From an uncultured virus (IMG/VR IMGVR_UViG_3300050821_008714) (Duplodnaviria > Heunggongvirae > Uroviricota > Caudoviricetes): 64,000 nt of DNA. Shown here piece by piece: positions 20,401-28,550 of this stretch (position 1 is its first letter; each line of letters starts with the position of its first letter). Under the pieces are notes generated by a model. It was not told the origin of the DNA. It made no database searches and saw only the letters and a program-made list of their open reading frames with translations. The stretch lies in IMG/VR virus record IMGVR_UViG_3300050821_008714; one strand, given 5' to 3'. Both the position numbers and the translations under genes were made by a program.

Positions 20401-20563
20401 GAACAACCAGAGGTACTACCTCACGCCGACCGGAACCAAGATCTTCCTGATCACGATCAACACCAACGGCACGGTCACCATCTCGGACTGGGCCGGCAAC
20501 GCGGTCAGCTCCCTGACCAACCCGAGCATCTACATCTCGTACGTATATCCGCTCAACCTATGA
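17399..20563 (+). CDS. Tail fibre/receptor-binding protein (FN3, CBM-like, Gly-rich and C-terminal domains)
   Basis: ATG at 17399; FN3-like GTTYYVGLVAANTSG; ECWGAGGG followed by long Gly tracts. Confidence 0.8.
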   Translation: MIDPVLARALTALNDEMRKLQGQVKNLQQAQTQSQLGHSSIDDGFLTVVSGGTVRQIIGVQPDGTVTSVDQNAPAPPSPSTPTVTPAPAGLTVAWDGTFPGAAQPLDFANVEVHVSTTPGFTPSIATLRGALLKAGQTTVTPLSSGTTYYVGLVAANTSGVESAVSAEVSGVPSAVLFSPVTASEIGYIGVLNANPYFTGGDITGWIAGGGTPGTVSVVNTQPAGSPYAYALQMVSNVTGGGDAYEPGPPAFPAIPSTQYMVTGLFYTPGTSVNLGLSFLLNGVWVSDVHNTVTVTPNTWTQVTTVVTAPSSGINGAGPMFSTPGQSSQYTMYGQAITALPQVPGGLIQAGTITATQLAAASVTAGAIAAGTIVAGIVNGTTVEAATLLVDSTGPGTGEFIYNGTGALGNLIGSWSAVAGTDAHGNPYPIGLSANQGMLTGVGLSNAEIASSQLDACTINNAVINAPSSSGGTALELAVTFDTTGGNLLIYTSTTTTTTITTAGEGTWTAPAGSSGSAKIECWGAGGGAGNFAGSAGGGGGGGGEYACEPNYQITAGQTYTYNVGAGGDGTTNGGGGNGNDTWFDAMNVFANGGTGGGTDPNHIGGYWARGIGGTGSTNTVHHNGAQGGNGYQSANAGGGGGGSSAGPAAAGNNGLDGNSSGVGGTGGSAPTGGGAGGHGGNSNVSGSAASAPGGGGGGAGNNGGSSSRIDTFDPTGTYSYYGSDNTQGFALNLSNANGNMQQGCPNNPAIGTFFSFAHYNYTAIQAALSGRTIDSVSLTVDCLHSWWNSGMTAYLDYTNIDTFPSNITFPSSTHIGSFAIGQTQTEAFSLPTSVGTAFQSGAAHTLMFSAPSQNPSYYGYFQGGSAGPPAPRLVIVSHSGSSTVTSAAGGNGQMKITYISGSALAASFSSTAFTDAGGNSIPIGIMTNPMYAIQPGSSPAVEETWHAVTPASGWTLSGMLPGLSYRLLPDGNAQLEGNIKYSGTPLSGWTMTTLPSAYWPNNQRYYLTPTGTKIFLITINTNGTVTISDWAGNAVSSLTNPSIYISYVYPLNL

Positions 20564-20633
20564 TCAGGAGCGGTCGCTGTCACGACGCGGCTGCAGAGAG
20601 CACAATGACCGTTAAGGACACGAGGAGGCACCG

Positions 20634-21317
20634 ATGGCGATCGACCGAGGCCGGGCAGGCGATGCGATGGGCATCGGCGCTGCGCTGACGGACGGCGGCC
20701 GGGAGACCGGCAGCATCAAGATCCTGAAGTGGGACGACGACCAGAGCCACTGGGTGACCAGGAAGATCTTCGGGCACATGGGCGCGGTCGTGCTTGAGGA
20801 CGTGCCGGGGCTGCAGCTGCCCGAGGGCGTGTTCCGGAAGTTCGGCGTCGAGCCGTCCGAGGTGTACGAGAAGGCCGACTGCAACCTGATCACCAAGGCG
20901 GGCTGGGACCACTGCCTGCTGGCAGCCAACTGGAACGGCGGCACGCACACCACGCAGTTCTCCGCCACCGTCGGCCGGATCGGCATCGGCACCGGCTCGA
21001 CGACCCCGACCTACGCCGACACCGCGCTGACCTCGATCACATCGCTGACCGGCACCGGCAACTGGGTGCTGTGCGGCGCCGCGCCGACGATCTCCGACGC
21101 CAGCTCCCCGGCCACCGTCGCCTTCACCTCAAGCTTCACGTCCGCCTACGGGACCGGCGCGGCCTGGGCCGAGTTCGCCGTGGACTCGGGCACCGCGACC
21201 GCCGGCTCCAACACCGTGTCCGCGACCGCCGACATGGTCAACCACGGACTGGCCACGCCCGGCACCAAGGGCGCGAGCACGACGTGGACCGTCACCGTCA
21301 CCCTGAGCTTCACGTAG
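20634..21317 (+). CDS. Putative fibre subunit ('bead') protein
   Basis: NLITKAG..IGIGTGSTTPTYADTAL..F..WAEFAV..NH..K..TWTVTVTLSF, a common phage fibre beta-sandwich pattern; GAGGAGG RBS. Confidence 0.6.
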   Translation: MAIDRGRAGDAMGIGAALTDGGRETGSIKILKWDDDQSHWVTRKIFGHMGAVVLEDVPGLQLPEGVFRKFGVEPSEVYEKADCNLITKAGWDHCLLAANWNGGTHTTQFSATVGRIGIGTGSTTPTYADTALTSITSLTGTGNWVLCGAAPTISDASSPATVAFTSSFTSAYGTGAAWAEFAVDSGTATAGSNTVSATADMVNHGLATPGTKGASTTWTVTVTLSFT

Positions 21318-21331
21318 AGAAGGAGAGCTCC

Positions 21332-21658
21332 ATGGCTGTCGGATTCCCGGCCGGGACCACCACGCAGTCCGTCGTCAGTGGCGCCCAGGGCAAGCTGGCC
21401 ACGCTGCGGGACGCGCTGCGGGACTGCGACAACTTCTACCAGTGGCTCAAGGCGTACTCGGCCGCCGATCTGGAGGCGGCCCCGGTCAACCTGGACGCCG
21501 CGTCGGCGCAGGCCATCCTCAACGCGTTCGCGGACGCCGACGCGCTGTACCAGCTCTACGCCACGGGAGCGCTGGTGAGCCCGCCGTCCGGGTACACCAC
21601 CCCCGGCACGTATGCGTTCGGGGCGAGCCAGCGCGTCGTCATCGGACCGATGAACTAG
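21332..21658 (+). CDS. Hypothetical helical protein (possible fibre chaperone)
   Basis: AAGGAG RBS, ATG at 21332. Confidence 0.65.
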   Translation: MAVGFPAGTTTQSVVSGAQGKLATLRDALRDCDNFYQWLKAYSAADLEAAPVNLDAASAQAILNAFADADALYQLYATGALVSPPSGYTTPGTYAFGASQRVVIGPMN

Positions 21659-21668
21659 GGAGGTCGGC

Positions 21669-22256
21669 ATGTCCTTCCTGACCGGCACGAACTGCGAACT
21701 GATATACGTCAACAACTCGGCTGGCACGGCGAAGAACACCTTCACGTCTGAGGCCCTGATCAACGACACGGCCGGTATGGGCCCACAGCCGTGTCTGCCG
21801 CAGGGATTCTTCTACGGAAGCTCCCGCAAGAGCCTGAAGATCGTGGCGCGGGCCGCCGTCGGCGCCACGACCACAGCGCCCACCTGGACGCTGGTCTTCA
21901 GGGCAGGAGGCAACGCTGCGATCACGGGACCGATCATCGGCCAGTCGAGCGCGGTCACCGGACTGGCCAGCACGACGATCCTTCTGAAGGCTGAGCTGGA
22001 CATCGTGGTCGGCGACTCGGCCGGCTACACGATCGGCACGGGCGCGACGACGGTGCGGGGCACGGGCGACATCATCTGCCCGCGGGGCAGCAGCAACCAG
22101 CTCGGCGAGGTCTGGGGCGGTAACGCTTCGCCGGGCACAGTGACGACGTTCGATCCCTCGGTGACCAACTACATCAACGTGTCGGCGATCTGCGGCACCT
22201 CGAACGCCTCCAATCAGATCCAGCTCGTCCAGCTCCTCATCTACGGGCTCAACTAA
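21669..22256 (+). CDS. Beta-rich virion/fibre protein
   Basis: GGAGG RBS; Thr/Gly/Ser-rich, 195 aa. Confidence 0.65.
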   Translation: MSFLTGTNCELIYVNNSAGTAKNTFTSEALINDTAGMGPQPCLPQGFFYGSSRKSLKIVARAAVGATTTAPTWTLVFRAGGNAAITGPIIGQSSAVTGLASTTILLKAELDIVVGDSAGYTIGTGATTVRGTGDIICPRGSSNQLGEVWGGNASPGTVTTFDPSVTNYINVSAICGTSNASNQIQLVQLLIYGLN

Positions 22257-22284
22257 GGACCCGATGCGGGGGAGGTGACCGGCC

Positions 22285-25128
22285 TTGGCCATCACGCGCG
22301 GTGCGTTCTCCGCCCTGGCCAGCGTCGGGTCCGCCACCACCCTGAGCGTCGTCTGGTCGGGCACGCAGCCCACCGCCGGTTCGAAGATCATCGTATGCGT
22401 TCAGCAGTCGTTCATCTCCTCCGCCAACATGACGGCGGTGGACAACGGCACGACGCCGACGACGTTCACCATGGACGTCTCCACGATCTCCGGCCACGGC
22501 ATGGCCATCATGCGGGCCGACAACATCACGCTGCCTGTCAGCGGCAACTACACGGTCACGCTGACCACGACGCAGCCGGCGGGCACGATCGGGGCCGGGG
22601 GGATCGAGTACCACGGAGCCGCCGCAGGGCCGCCGCTGGCAACCAACACGGGCACCGCCACGGGCACGGCGGTATCCTGCGGCGCCGTCACCGGCTCCGG
22701 ACCGGCGGGTTCGTCGCTGTACATCGGCGGGTTCAGCGACGGGTCGAGCGTCAACCCCGAGACGATCACGCTGAACTGGGCGGACGGCACCCAGCAGTTC
22801 GTGCAGACCAACGGGGCGTCGCTCTGGCCGTGGGCCATGGCGGACTCGATCATAGGCATCGGCTCGGAGAACCCCTCCTGGACCCTGGGCGACTCGATCA
22901 TCTGGGGCGGCGCATCCGCCGTCTACCTGGCTGCTGGGATCTCAATACCCGCGATGCCGCCGCGCTCCAAGATCCGTAGAACAGGCCCGTCGGCACTGCG
23001 CCGTCCCCCAGTGAATCTCCCGTTCATCCCCGTGATCCCGATACCCCTGGCAGACGCGGGCACCGCCGCCGACGCGCTTGCGGTCGCGATCTCACTGTCC
23101 GACTCAGGCGCCGCCGCCGACGCGGTGACCGTCGCGACCGCCTTCACTGACTCCGGCACGGGTGCAGACTCCCTAGCTCCCGCGATCGCCGTCGCCGACT
23201 CCGGAGCCGGCGCCGATGTCGTCTCGATCGCCACCGCCGACACCGACGCCGGCACGGGCTCGGACACGCTGATCATCACGGTCCCTCTGGCGGACAGCGG
23301 AGCAGGGTCCGACACACTCGCGGTGACCGCCGCGGTCCCGTTGCCGGACACGGGCGCGGGCTCCGACACGCTGGTTATCGCGGTATCCACCGCCGACGCG
23401 GGTGCGGGCTCCGATCTGCTCGCGGTATCCCCGGCCCTGCCAGACTCGGGCGCCGCGTCGGACGCGCTTGTGATCGCGGTGTTCTTGGCGGACAACGGCG
23501 CGGGCTCGGACACCGTCGTGATCGGCGTGGCGCTGTCCGACGCCGGAACGGGTGCCGACGCGCTGGCCGTCGCCGTCACCATCGCACTGCCCGACTCCGG
23601 CGCTGGATCCGACGCGCTCGCCACCACCGCCCGGCTTGTCGATGCCGGAGCCGGGTCCGACACGCTCGTATCAGCCCTGGCGCTGGCGGACAGCGGAGCA
23701 GGGTCCGACACCGTCTCGCCCGCCGTCACGATGCCCGACGCCGGCACGGGCTCGGACACGCTGATCATCACGGCCGTCCTCGCCGACGCGGGCGCGGGCT
23801 CCGACATCATCACGGTCACCGCGACGGTGCCGCTGGCCGATTCGGGCGCCGAAGCGGAGACGCTGACCGTCGCCGTCGCGTTCACCGATCCGGGAACCGG
23901 CTCCGACGCCCTCGCGATCTCGACCGCCGTCGCGCTGTCCGACGCGGGCGCCGGATCCGACGCCGTCGCGGTGGCCCTGGCGCTGCTCGACACGGCCGTC
24001 GGAGCCGATTCGCCGGCCATCGCGATCGCCGTCTCCGACCCGGGCTTTGGCGCCGACGCCCTCGCTACCGCGGCCCTGCTGTCCGACGCGGGCGCCGCGT
24101 CGGACGCGTTCGCGGTCACCGTCCGGATATCCGACTCCGGCGCCGGGTCGGACACGCTCGTGCTCGCGACCGCGCTGGTCGACAGCGGCGCCGGGTCCGA
24201 CTCCGTCTCTCCGGCGGTCTCCTTCGCAGACCCGGGCACCGGCGCCGACGCGCTGGCCCCGGCGTTCTCCCTGATTGACACCGGCTCGGCCGCAGACGTG
24301 CTCGTACTCGCGTTCGGAGTCGCGGACGCAGGCGCAGGGTCGGACACATCCATGGTCGTGGTCCTGCTTCCCGATACGGCCACCGCCGCCGACACGGTGG
24401 CCCTGGCGACCGGGCTGTCCGACGCGGGCTCGGGCGCGAGCACACTCGTCCCGGCGGTCGCGTTCGCGGATGCCGCCTCCGGTTCCGACGTCCTGCTCAT
24501 CCCCGCGGCCACGGTGCTCCTCGGCGACGGCGGCACCGCCGCCGACACCGTCGTGGCCGCATTCCGAGTCGCCGACGCGGGCGCGGGCGCCGACACGCTG
24601 TACCTCCCGGCGCCGGGCAACACGGGTATGGCGGCGTGGCGGGCCGGGGCGCTGCCGCGCAAGTGGAGGGCGGAACCATCGCGACCGCGGTGGTCCGCCG
24701 AGGCGGTTGCCGGCAGATGGACAATAAAGGCGACCCGACGGTGGGCCGCCGAGCCCGCCGGTCTGAGATGGAAGGCGGTGCTGATGGCCGGATTCACGCC
24801 CATCGCTTCGATCAGCCTGCAGGAGATCAACGTCCTGTGGACGTCCGACCTGGCGGGCACGGTGGTCGACCCGACGGCCGCTCCGCTCGTCGTCCAGATG
24901 GCGTTCCCGGTCTCCAGCGGCAACGTGCTCGCCCCGGCCCAGCCGGTCACCTGGTACACGGCCAGCTGGCTGACCGGGACCACCATCAAGGGCTGGGTCG
25001 CGCAGTGCCTGGTCGGCCCCGGCGGGATGCTGACCCTGGCGGCCGGTCAGAGCTACGACGTGTGGTCTCAGATCCAGGGGACACCAGAGATACCGAAGGT
25101 CTTCGCGGGAACGCAGCAGGTGTACTGA
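22285..25128 (+). CDS. Repeat-containing fibre 'string'/ruler protein with N-terminal beta-domain and C-terminal adaptor domain
   Basis: TTG start after GGAGGT; about 32 repeats of xxD(S/A)GxGxDxxxxxxx; Trp/Arg repeats; distinct C-terminal domain from ATG 24784. Confidence 0.75.
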   Translation: MAITRGAFSALASVGSATTLSVVWSGTQPTAGSKIIVCVQQSFISSANMTAVDNGTTPTTFTMDVSTISGHGMAIMRADNITLPVSGNYTVTLTTTQPAGTIGAGGIEYHGAAAGPPLATNTGTATGTAVSCGAVTGSGPAGSSLYIGGFSDGSSVNPETITLNWADGTQQFVQTNGASLWPWAMADSIIGIGSENPSWTLGDSIIWGGASAVYLAAGISIPAMPPRSKIRRTGPSALRRPPVNLPFIPVIPIPLADAGTAADALAVAISLSDSGAAADAVTVATAFTDSGTGADSLAPAIAVADSGAGADVVSIATADTDAGTGSDTLIITVPLADSGAGSDTLAVTAAVPLPDTGAGSDTLVIAVSTADAGAGSDLLAVSPALPDSGAASDALVIAVFLADNGAGSDTVVIGVALSDAGTGADALAVAVTIALPDSGAGSDALATTARLVDAGAGSDTLVSALALADSGAGSDTVSPAVTMPDAGTGSDTLIITAVLADAGAGSDIITVTATVPLADSGAEAETLTVAVAFTDPGTGSDALAISTAVALSDAGAGSDAVAVALALLDTAVGADSPAIAIAVSDPGFGADALATAALLSDAGAASDAFAVTVRISDSGAGSDTLVLATALVDSGAGSDSVSPAVSFADPGTGADALAPAFSLIDTGSAADVLVLAFGVADAGAGSDTSMVVVLLPDTATAADTVALATGLSDAGSGASTLVPAVAFADAASGSDVLLIPAATVLLGDGGTAADTVVAAFRVADAGAGADTLYLPAPGNTGMAAWRAGALPRKWRAEPSRPRWSAEAVAGRWTIKATRRWAAEPAGLRWKAVLMAGFTPIASISLQEINVLWTSDLAGTVVDPTAAPLVVQMAFPVSSGNVLAPAQPVTWYTASWLTGTTIKGWVAQCLVGPGGMLTLAAGQSYDVWSQIQGTPEIPKVFAGTQQVY
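23047..24600 (+). repeat. About 32 tandem coding repeats of 16 aa (some 18-19 aa), consensus L(A/S/P)D(S/A)GAG(S/A)D(T/A)L
   Basis: Counted by eye in the translation. Confidence 0.9.
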
Positions 25129-25130
25129 GA

Positions 25131-25469
25131 GTGTTCGAACTCGGAATCTCCGCACTGCAGGCCAGTGCGGGCGCGATGCTGTGCCTGACGATCGTCCTGG
25201 TCCTGACCGGAAAGCTCGAATGGCACAAGCACCACGCCGAACAGCTCCGCGATGTTCGGAAGGACTGTGACGAGCGGGTGAAGCAGTCGAACGCCGAGGC
25301 CGCCCGCTGGCGAAACGCCTACGAATACAGCGAGGAGGCACGCAGAATCGATGCACGGCACGCAGAGCACCTACTGGACCTGGGATACGCCAGCAACCGC
25401 ATCATCGCTGCGCTGCCCATCGCGCCCAAGGAGGATCCAGATGCGTCTGCACCTGCCGTGGAAGAATAA
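25131..25469 (+). CDS. Single-TM membrane protein (holin/antiholin-associated)
   Basis: N-terminal hydrophobic segment followed by coiled coil. Confidence 0.65.
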   Translation: MFELGISALQASAGAMLCLTIVLVLTGKLEWHKHHAEQLRDVRKDCDERVKQSNAEAARWRNAYEYSEEARRIDARHAEHLLDLGYASNRIIAALPIAPKEDPDASAPAVEE

Positions 25470-25722
25470 GGAGGATGAGTCCGGCCGAGCGCAGGAGGGC
25501 CGGGAGAGGAAGCAGGAGGCCGAGGTGCGCGAGGCCAGTCTGCTGGAGGCCAAGACCGCCGAGAAGGTCGCGAAGGATGCCGTGGCCGATGCCAGGGCGC
25601 GAGGGCCGGAGGTGCAGCGCCTGCTGGACAGGGTGCGGGAGATGCAGCAGGTAAACCATATCGGGGAGCGCGTGGCGAAGGCGCTGCGCGATGGGTACGA
25701 AGGAGAAGCGCATGGCCATTGA
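25441..25722 (+). CDS. Hypothetical coiled-coil protein (lysis-cassette type)
   Basis: GGAGG RBS; MRLHLPW..NHIGERV pattern. Confidence 0.65.
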   Translation: MRLHLPWKNKEDESGRAQEGRERKQEAEVREASLLEAKTAEKVAKDAVADARARGPEVQRLLDRVREMQQVNHIGERVAKALRDGYEGEAHGH

Positions 25723-26086
25723 GATACTTAAGTCAGGGTTCTTCTTCGCATTCTTCTGCTCGGTCACGTACATCAGCGGCTACTGGATACTCGCGCCCTG
25801 GTGGAGGAACCCCTGGGGCCGCGGCATGGTGATCTTCTCAGCCGCCACCCAGTTGCTGCTGCTGCCGACCCTGCTGCACATCACGTTCGGTATCAACTTC
25901 AACCACGGGTTCGCCGTCTGGTACTACATCGTGTCGCTCTACCTGGCCGGGTTCATCGAGCTGTACCGGCTTCGCTGGGCCTACCGGGTCCAGCAGCACG
26001 ACACCCCGCGCGGACACAGGCAGGACGCCCGAAACCTGGACCGAGCGGAGCACGACGAGGGGGTGGCCCATGGACGAGAAACGTGA
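25712..26086 (+). CDS. Putative holin (3 TM)
   Basis: Three hydrophobic segments; APWWRNPWGR; charged C-terminus. Confidence 0.65.
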   Translation: MAIEILKSGFFFAFFCSVTYISGYWILAPWWRNPWGRGMVIFSAATQLLLLPTLLHITFGINFNHGFAVWYYIVSLYLAGFIELYRLRWAYRVQQHDTPRGHRQDARNLDRAEHDEGVAHGRET

Positions 26087-26459
26087 GACGTCCCAGGAGG
26101 CCTTCGACCGTGGGCACCACGAGGGCGGCGTCGAAGCCCGTCTCCGGGAGCACGAGAAGCACCTCAACTCGATCAACGGGTCGATCGAGCGCGGCGTGAC
26201 CGGGCTGGCGGACGTGAAGACGGCCCTGCAGCAGCTGGCCAGCGACACGAAGGCCGGGCTGGACACGGTCATCGCCACGGCGAACGCGGCGGCGGCCACG
26301 GTGGTGGCCACGGCCGACGCGCTGGCCAAGGCGGACGAGGCCCGGCGCAAGAAGAGTGATGCGTCCTGGTCGCCCTGGCAGAAGTTCATAGGCCTGATCA
26401 CATCACTGGTGATAGCCGCCGGTGCGGCGGCGGGCATATACGCGACCCTGCACCATTGA
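26070..26459 (+). CDS. Coiled-coil protein with C-terminal TM helix
   Basis: RLREHEKHLNSINGS coiled coil; hydrophobic C-terminus. Confidence 0.65.
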   Translation: MDEKRETSQEAFDRGHHEGGVEARLREHEKHLNSINGSIERGVTGLADVKTALQQLASDTKAGLDTVIATANAAAATVVATADALAKADEARRKKSDASWSPWQKFIGLITSLVIAAGAAAGIYATLHH

Positions 26460-26482
26460 CGGGCGCGGCTAGCATGTTGGGT

Positions 26483-26791
26483 ATGAGCAGGCAGGATGTG
26501 ATCCGCACCGTGGCGGCGATGGAGACGCTTCTGGAGTCCGGCGTCGAGCAGGTCAGCGTGCGCCGGGTGCTGCGGCTGCTCGGCCGGGACGTCCAGGACC
26601 GCGAGCACCCGCCGGAGGAGCCGCGACCGAGGCTCAACCCGAGGGCGGATCCGTTGACCGGATGCCTGCCCGTGACGGCCCAGGGAGGCCAGGATGACAG
26701 CTCAGGCCAGGAAGATCGCCGATTCAGCCAAGAAGACCGCCGCGTCGGCCAAGAAGACCGAGGAGCTCGCCGAGGCGGCTTCCGAGCCTGA
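26483..26791 (+). CDS. Hypothetical protein, possibly leaderless
   Basis: ATG 7 nt after TAGCAT; 3' part overlaps the next ORF. Confidence 0.4.
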   Translation: MSRQDVIRTVAAMETLLESGVEQVSVRRVLRLLGRDVQDREHPPEEPRPRLNPRADPLTGCLPVTAQGGQDDSSGQEDRRFSQEDRRVGQEDRGARRGGFRA

Positions 26792-26984
26792 GGCCGAGAA
26801 GCCCAAGGCAGCCGAGAAGCCCGCCCGGAGGCACGCCAAGCCGGAGAAGGAGCCCGAGCCGACCCACCGGGTGCTCCGGCAGATCGTGATCAAGGGCGAG
26901 CAGCGCGAGGTCGATGATCTCGTGCACCTGGACGGGCTCGACGCCGCCGAGCTCGAAAGCCTCGGCTACGTGCTCAAGACCTGA
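26694..26984 (+). CDS. Lys/Glu/Ala-rich protein with small C-terminal domain
   Basis: GGAGG RBS; last gene before the convergent terminator. Confidence 0.65.
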   Translation: MTAQARKIADSAKKTAASAKKTEELAEAASEPEAEKPKAAEKPARRHAKPEKEPEPTHRVLRQIVIKGEQREVDDLVHLDGLDAAELESLGYVLKT

Positions 26985-27084
26985 CCGCCCCACTTCATCC
27001 CACTCGATGAGCTGGTCACGGGATTGTTTTGTATTGTTGCCAGCAGAGGACCCGAGTCGTCAGAGCCCCGGATCCGAGAAACGC

Positions 27085-27121
27085 CGAAGGGCGGAACCGT
27101 GTGAACCGGTTCCGCCCTTCG
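27085..27121. terminator. Bidirectional hairpin terminator between the convergent late and early arms
   Basis: 15-bp perfect stem CGAAGGGCGGAACCG / CGGTTCCGCCCTTCG with 7-nt loop. Confidence 0.8.
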
Positions 27122-27127
27122 CTCTGC

Positions 27128-27442
27128 TCAGCAACCCCCGTCGGCTGGCTCCGGGACTGCGATCTCGACCGCCACATCCCCGCCTTGCGCATTTCGCGCC
27201 TGCGCCAGGTAGTTCACCCCCTGGAACGGTCCATCCGAGGCCGCTGGGATCTCGCCCTCGACCTGAAGCCGGTACGTGGCCTTCAGGCCCTCGGTGTATG
27301 CGGCGGTCCAGATCTTGGACTCCATCAGGTCCGGCGCCACGCGCTGGACGTGGTCGATGAACGCCTGGACGTCGTTCAGGGTGATGCCGAAGTCGTCACC
27401 GGATACGATCTCCAGCTTCATGCCTGGCTTTGCGTGGGTCAT
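27128..27442 (-). CDS. Hypothetical protein
   Basis: GAGGAGG RBS; 104 aa. Confidence 0.65.
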   Translation of the reverse strand: MTHAKPGMKLEIVSGDDFGITLNDVQAFIDHVQRVAPDLMESKIWTAAYTEGLKATYRLQVEGEIPAASDGPFQGVNYLAQARNAQGGDVAVEIAVPEPADGGC

Positions 27443-27585
27443 GATGTTACCTCCTCGATCTGCTCGGCGACCGCCTCGGCGTCCGCCATGGCCTGGGCCG
27501 ACTGCTCGGACAAGGCACGCGGGTACGGACGGATCGCCCCGGTCGGCCGTGCGCGCCGCTGGACCCTGATCTGCGCCTGCCGCAT
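27439..27585 (-). CDS. Small hypothetical protein (48 aa, MRQAQIRVQRR...)
   Basis: Fills the gap exactly, with ATGA overlap; below the ORF-track cutoff. Confidence 0.5.
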   Translation of the reverse strand: MRQAQIRVQRRARPTGAIRPYPRALSEQSAQAMADAEAVAEQIEEVTS

Positions 27586-27586
27586 G

Positions 27587-28006
27587 TCAGGACCCCATCA
27601 GGTCGGTCAGGCGGACGCGCGGGGCCTTGCCGCCCTTGGGCGCCCTCGGGTCGGCCAGCTCGTATCCGTCGATCACGGAGTCGAGCAGGGCCCGGTCCGG
27701 GTAGGCGAACACGGGGGTGAGCCGGTGCTTGCGGGTGACGGCCCATCCGCACTGCTGCGGCTCGGCGCCCGTCTCGGCGCGGTATGCCTTCGCCACGGCG
27801 CGGCCGACGGCGGAGCGCATGCGGCGCGCCAGCTCGTCGTCGGCGCCGCGCGCCTTCAGGGCGTCCTCGACGGTGGCCACGGCGCGGTTGCGGTAGGCGG
27901 CCACGGCGCGCTCCCAGTGCGTGCCGGGCTTGCCGCAGGCGCGGCGCGGGGCCTTGCGCTGGCGGTCGAGCGGCTGGCGGATGCTGCGTGCGGTGTCACT
28001 GGTCAT
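27587..28006 (-). CDS. Basic hypothetical protein
   Basis: Preceded by GTTCAGGGAAGA and TTGTCATCAG motifs. Confidence 0.7.
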   Translation of the reverse strand: MTSDTARSIRQPLDRQRKAPRRACGKPGTHWERAVAAYRNRAVATVEDALKARGADDELARRMRSAVGRAVAKAYRAETGAEPQQCGWAVTRKHRLTPVFAYPDRALLDSVIDGYELADPRAPKGGKAPRVRLTDLMGS

Positions 28007-28061
28007 TTAGATCTTCCCTGAACTACGGGCCTTGCGGCCTTACCTGATGACAACTAGGAGA

Positions 28062-28385
28062 CTAGCGCACCTTGTCCGCACTCGCAACAGGGTACTTCCA
28101 GCCCGATCCGTAGGGTCCGGGGATGCCCCGCCTCAGCCAGGAGTCGACCTGCTCTATGTCGAACCACCGGTAGCCGCGCGGTGATCCTTCCGCCTTCCGG
28201 GTGATCTCCACAGGCTGTGGAAAAGCCTCTCCGGCGGCGTTCAGGGTGCCCCGGTGCCACCAGTCGCGGATCCGTCGGCGGTCCAGCGGCGGGTCGATGG
28301 CGTAGCGCTCCGACAGGATCGCCGCGAGCCCCTGGAATCCGGCCCTGCCGTCTCTTTCCTCCCACAGCCTGCCGACGGGCGACAT
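28062..28385 (-). CDS. Winged-helix/AlpA-Xis-like DNA-binding protein
   Basis: AAAGGAG RBS before ATG 28385; GFQGLAAIL..RRRIRDW..FPQP..RWFDIEQVDSW. Confidence 0.6.
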   Translation of the reverse strand: MSPVGRLWEERDGRAGFQGLAAILSERYAIDPPLDRRRIRDWWHRGTLNAAGEAFPQPVEITRKAEGSPRGYRWFDIEQVDSWLRRGIPGPYGSGWKYPVASADKVR

Positions 28386-28406
28386 CGCACCGTCTCCTTT
28401 CCCGCA

Positions 28407-28550
28407 TGGATGCAGTACCAGTGCGCGGAGTCGAACCGCACTCGACCAGGGCAGGCTCCCCGAAGGTCGCTTTTCGCCGGCTCGCCCGTTGTGTCGCGGC
28501 GGCGGGCTAGAAACCTGGCCACCCCGCACCTTCGTGCGGACTGGTACTGA
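28407..28550 (-). ncRNA. About 140-nt tRNA-like structured RNA (acceptor-like stem, D-position hairpin, branched anticodon-position domain, canonical T arm, downstream CCA)
   Basis: 10-bp closing stem CAGTACCAGT/ACTGGTACTG; CCGCAC-GAAG-GTGCGG; GGCCAGG/CCTGGTC; GTGCGG-TTCGACT-CCGCGC; begins at the predicted TSS. Confidence 0.7.

Noticed and set aside
22923..24989. 688-aa and 561-aa minus-strand ORFs over the repeat gene, and many other long antisense or alternate-frame ORFs
   Set aside because: Shadow ORFs expected at about 70% GC; Arg/Pro/Ala-rich, no RBS, and opposite well-supported genes
17399..25128. Diversity-generating retroelement or invertible tail-fibre cassette
   Set aside because: No reverse transcriptase, no TR/VR pair and no invertase seen
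27000..27085. Hammerhead ribozyme (CTGACGA on the minus strand)
   Set aside because: No correctly placed GAAA or stems I/III
27128..28385. Integration/immunity cassette at the arm junction
   Set aside because: No tyrosine or serine recombinase motifs; only a small wHTH protein
28407..28550. tmRNA, tRNA-Sec or intron-containing tRNA
   Set aside because: No Ala acceptor identity or tag ORF, no UCA anticodon arm, and the insert is too small for a self-splicing intron
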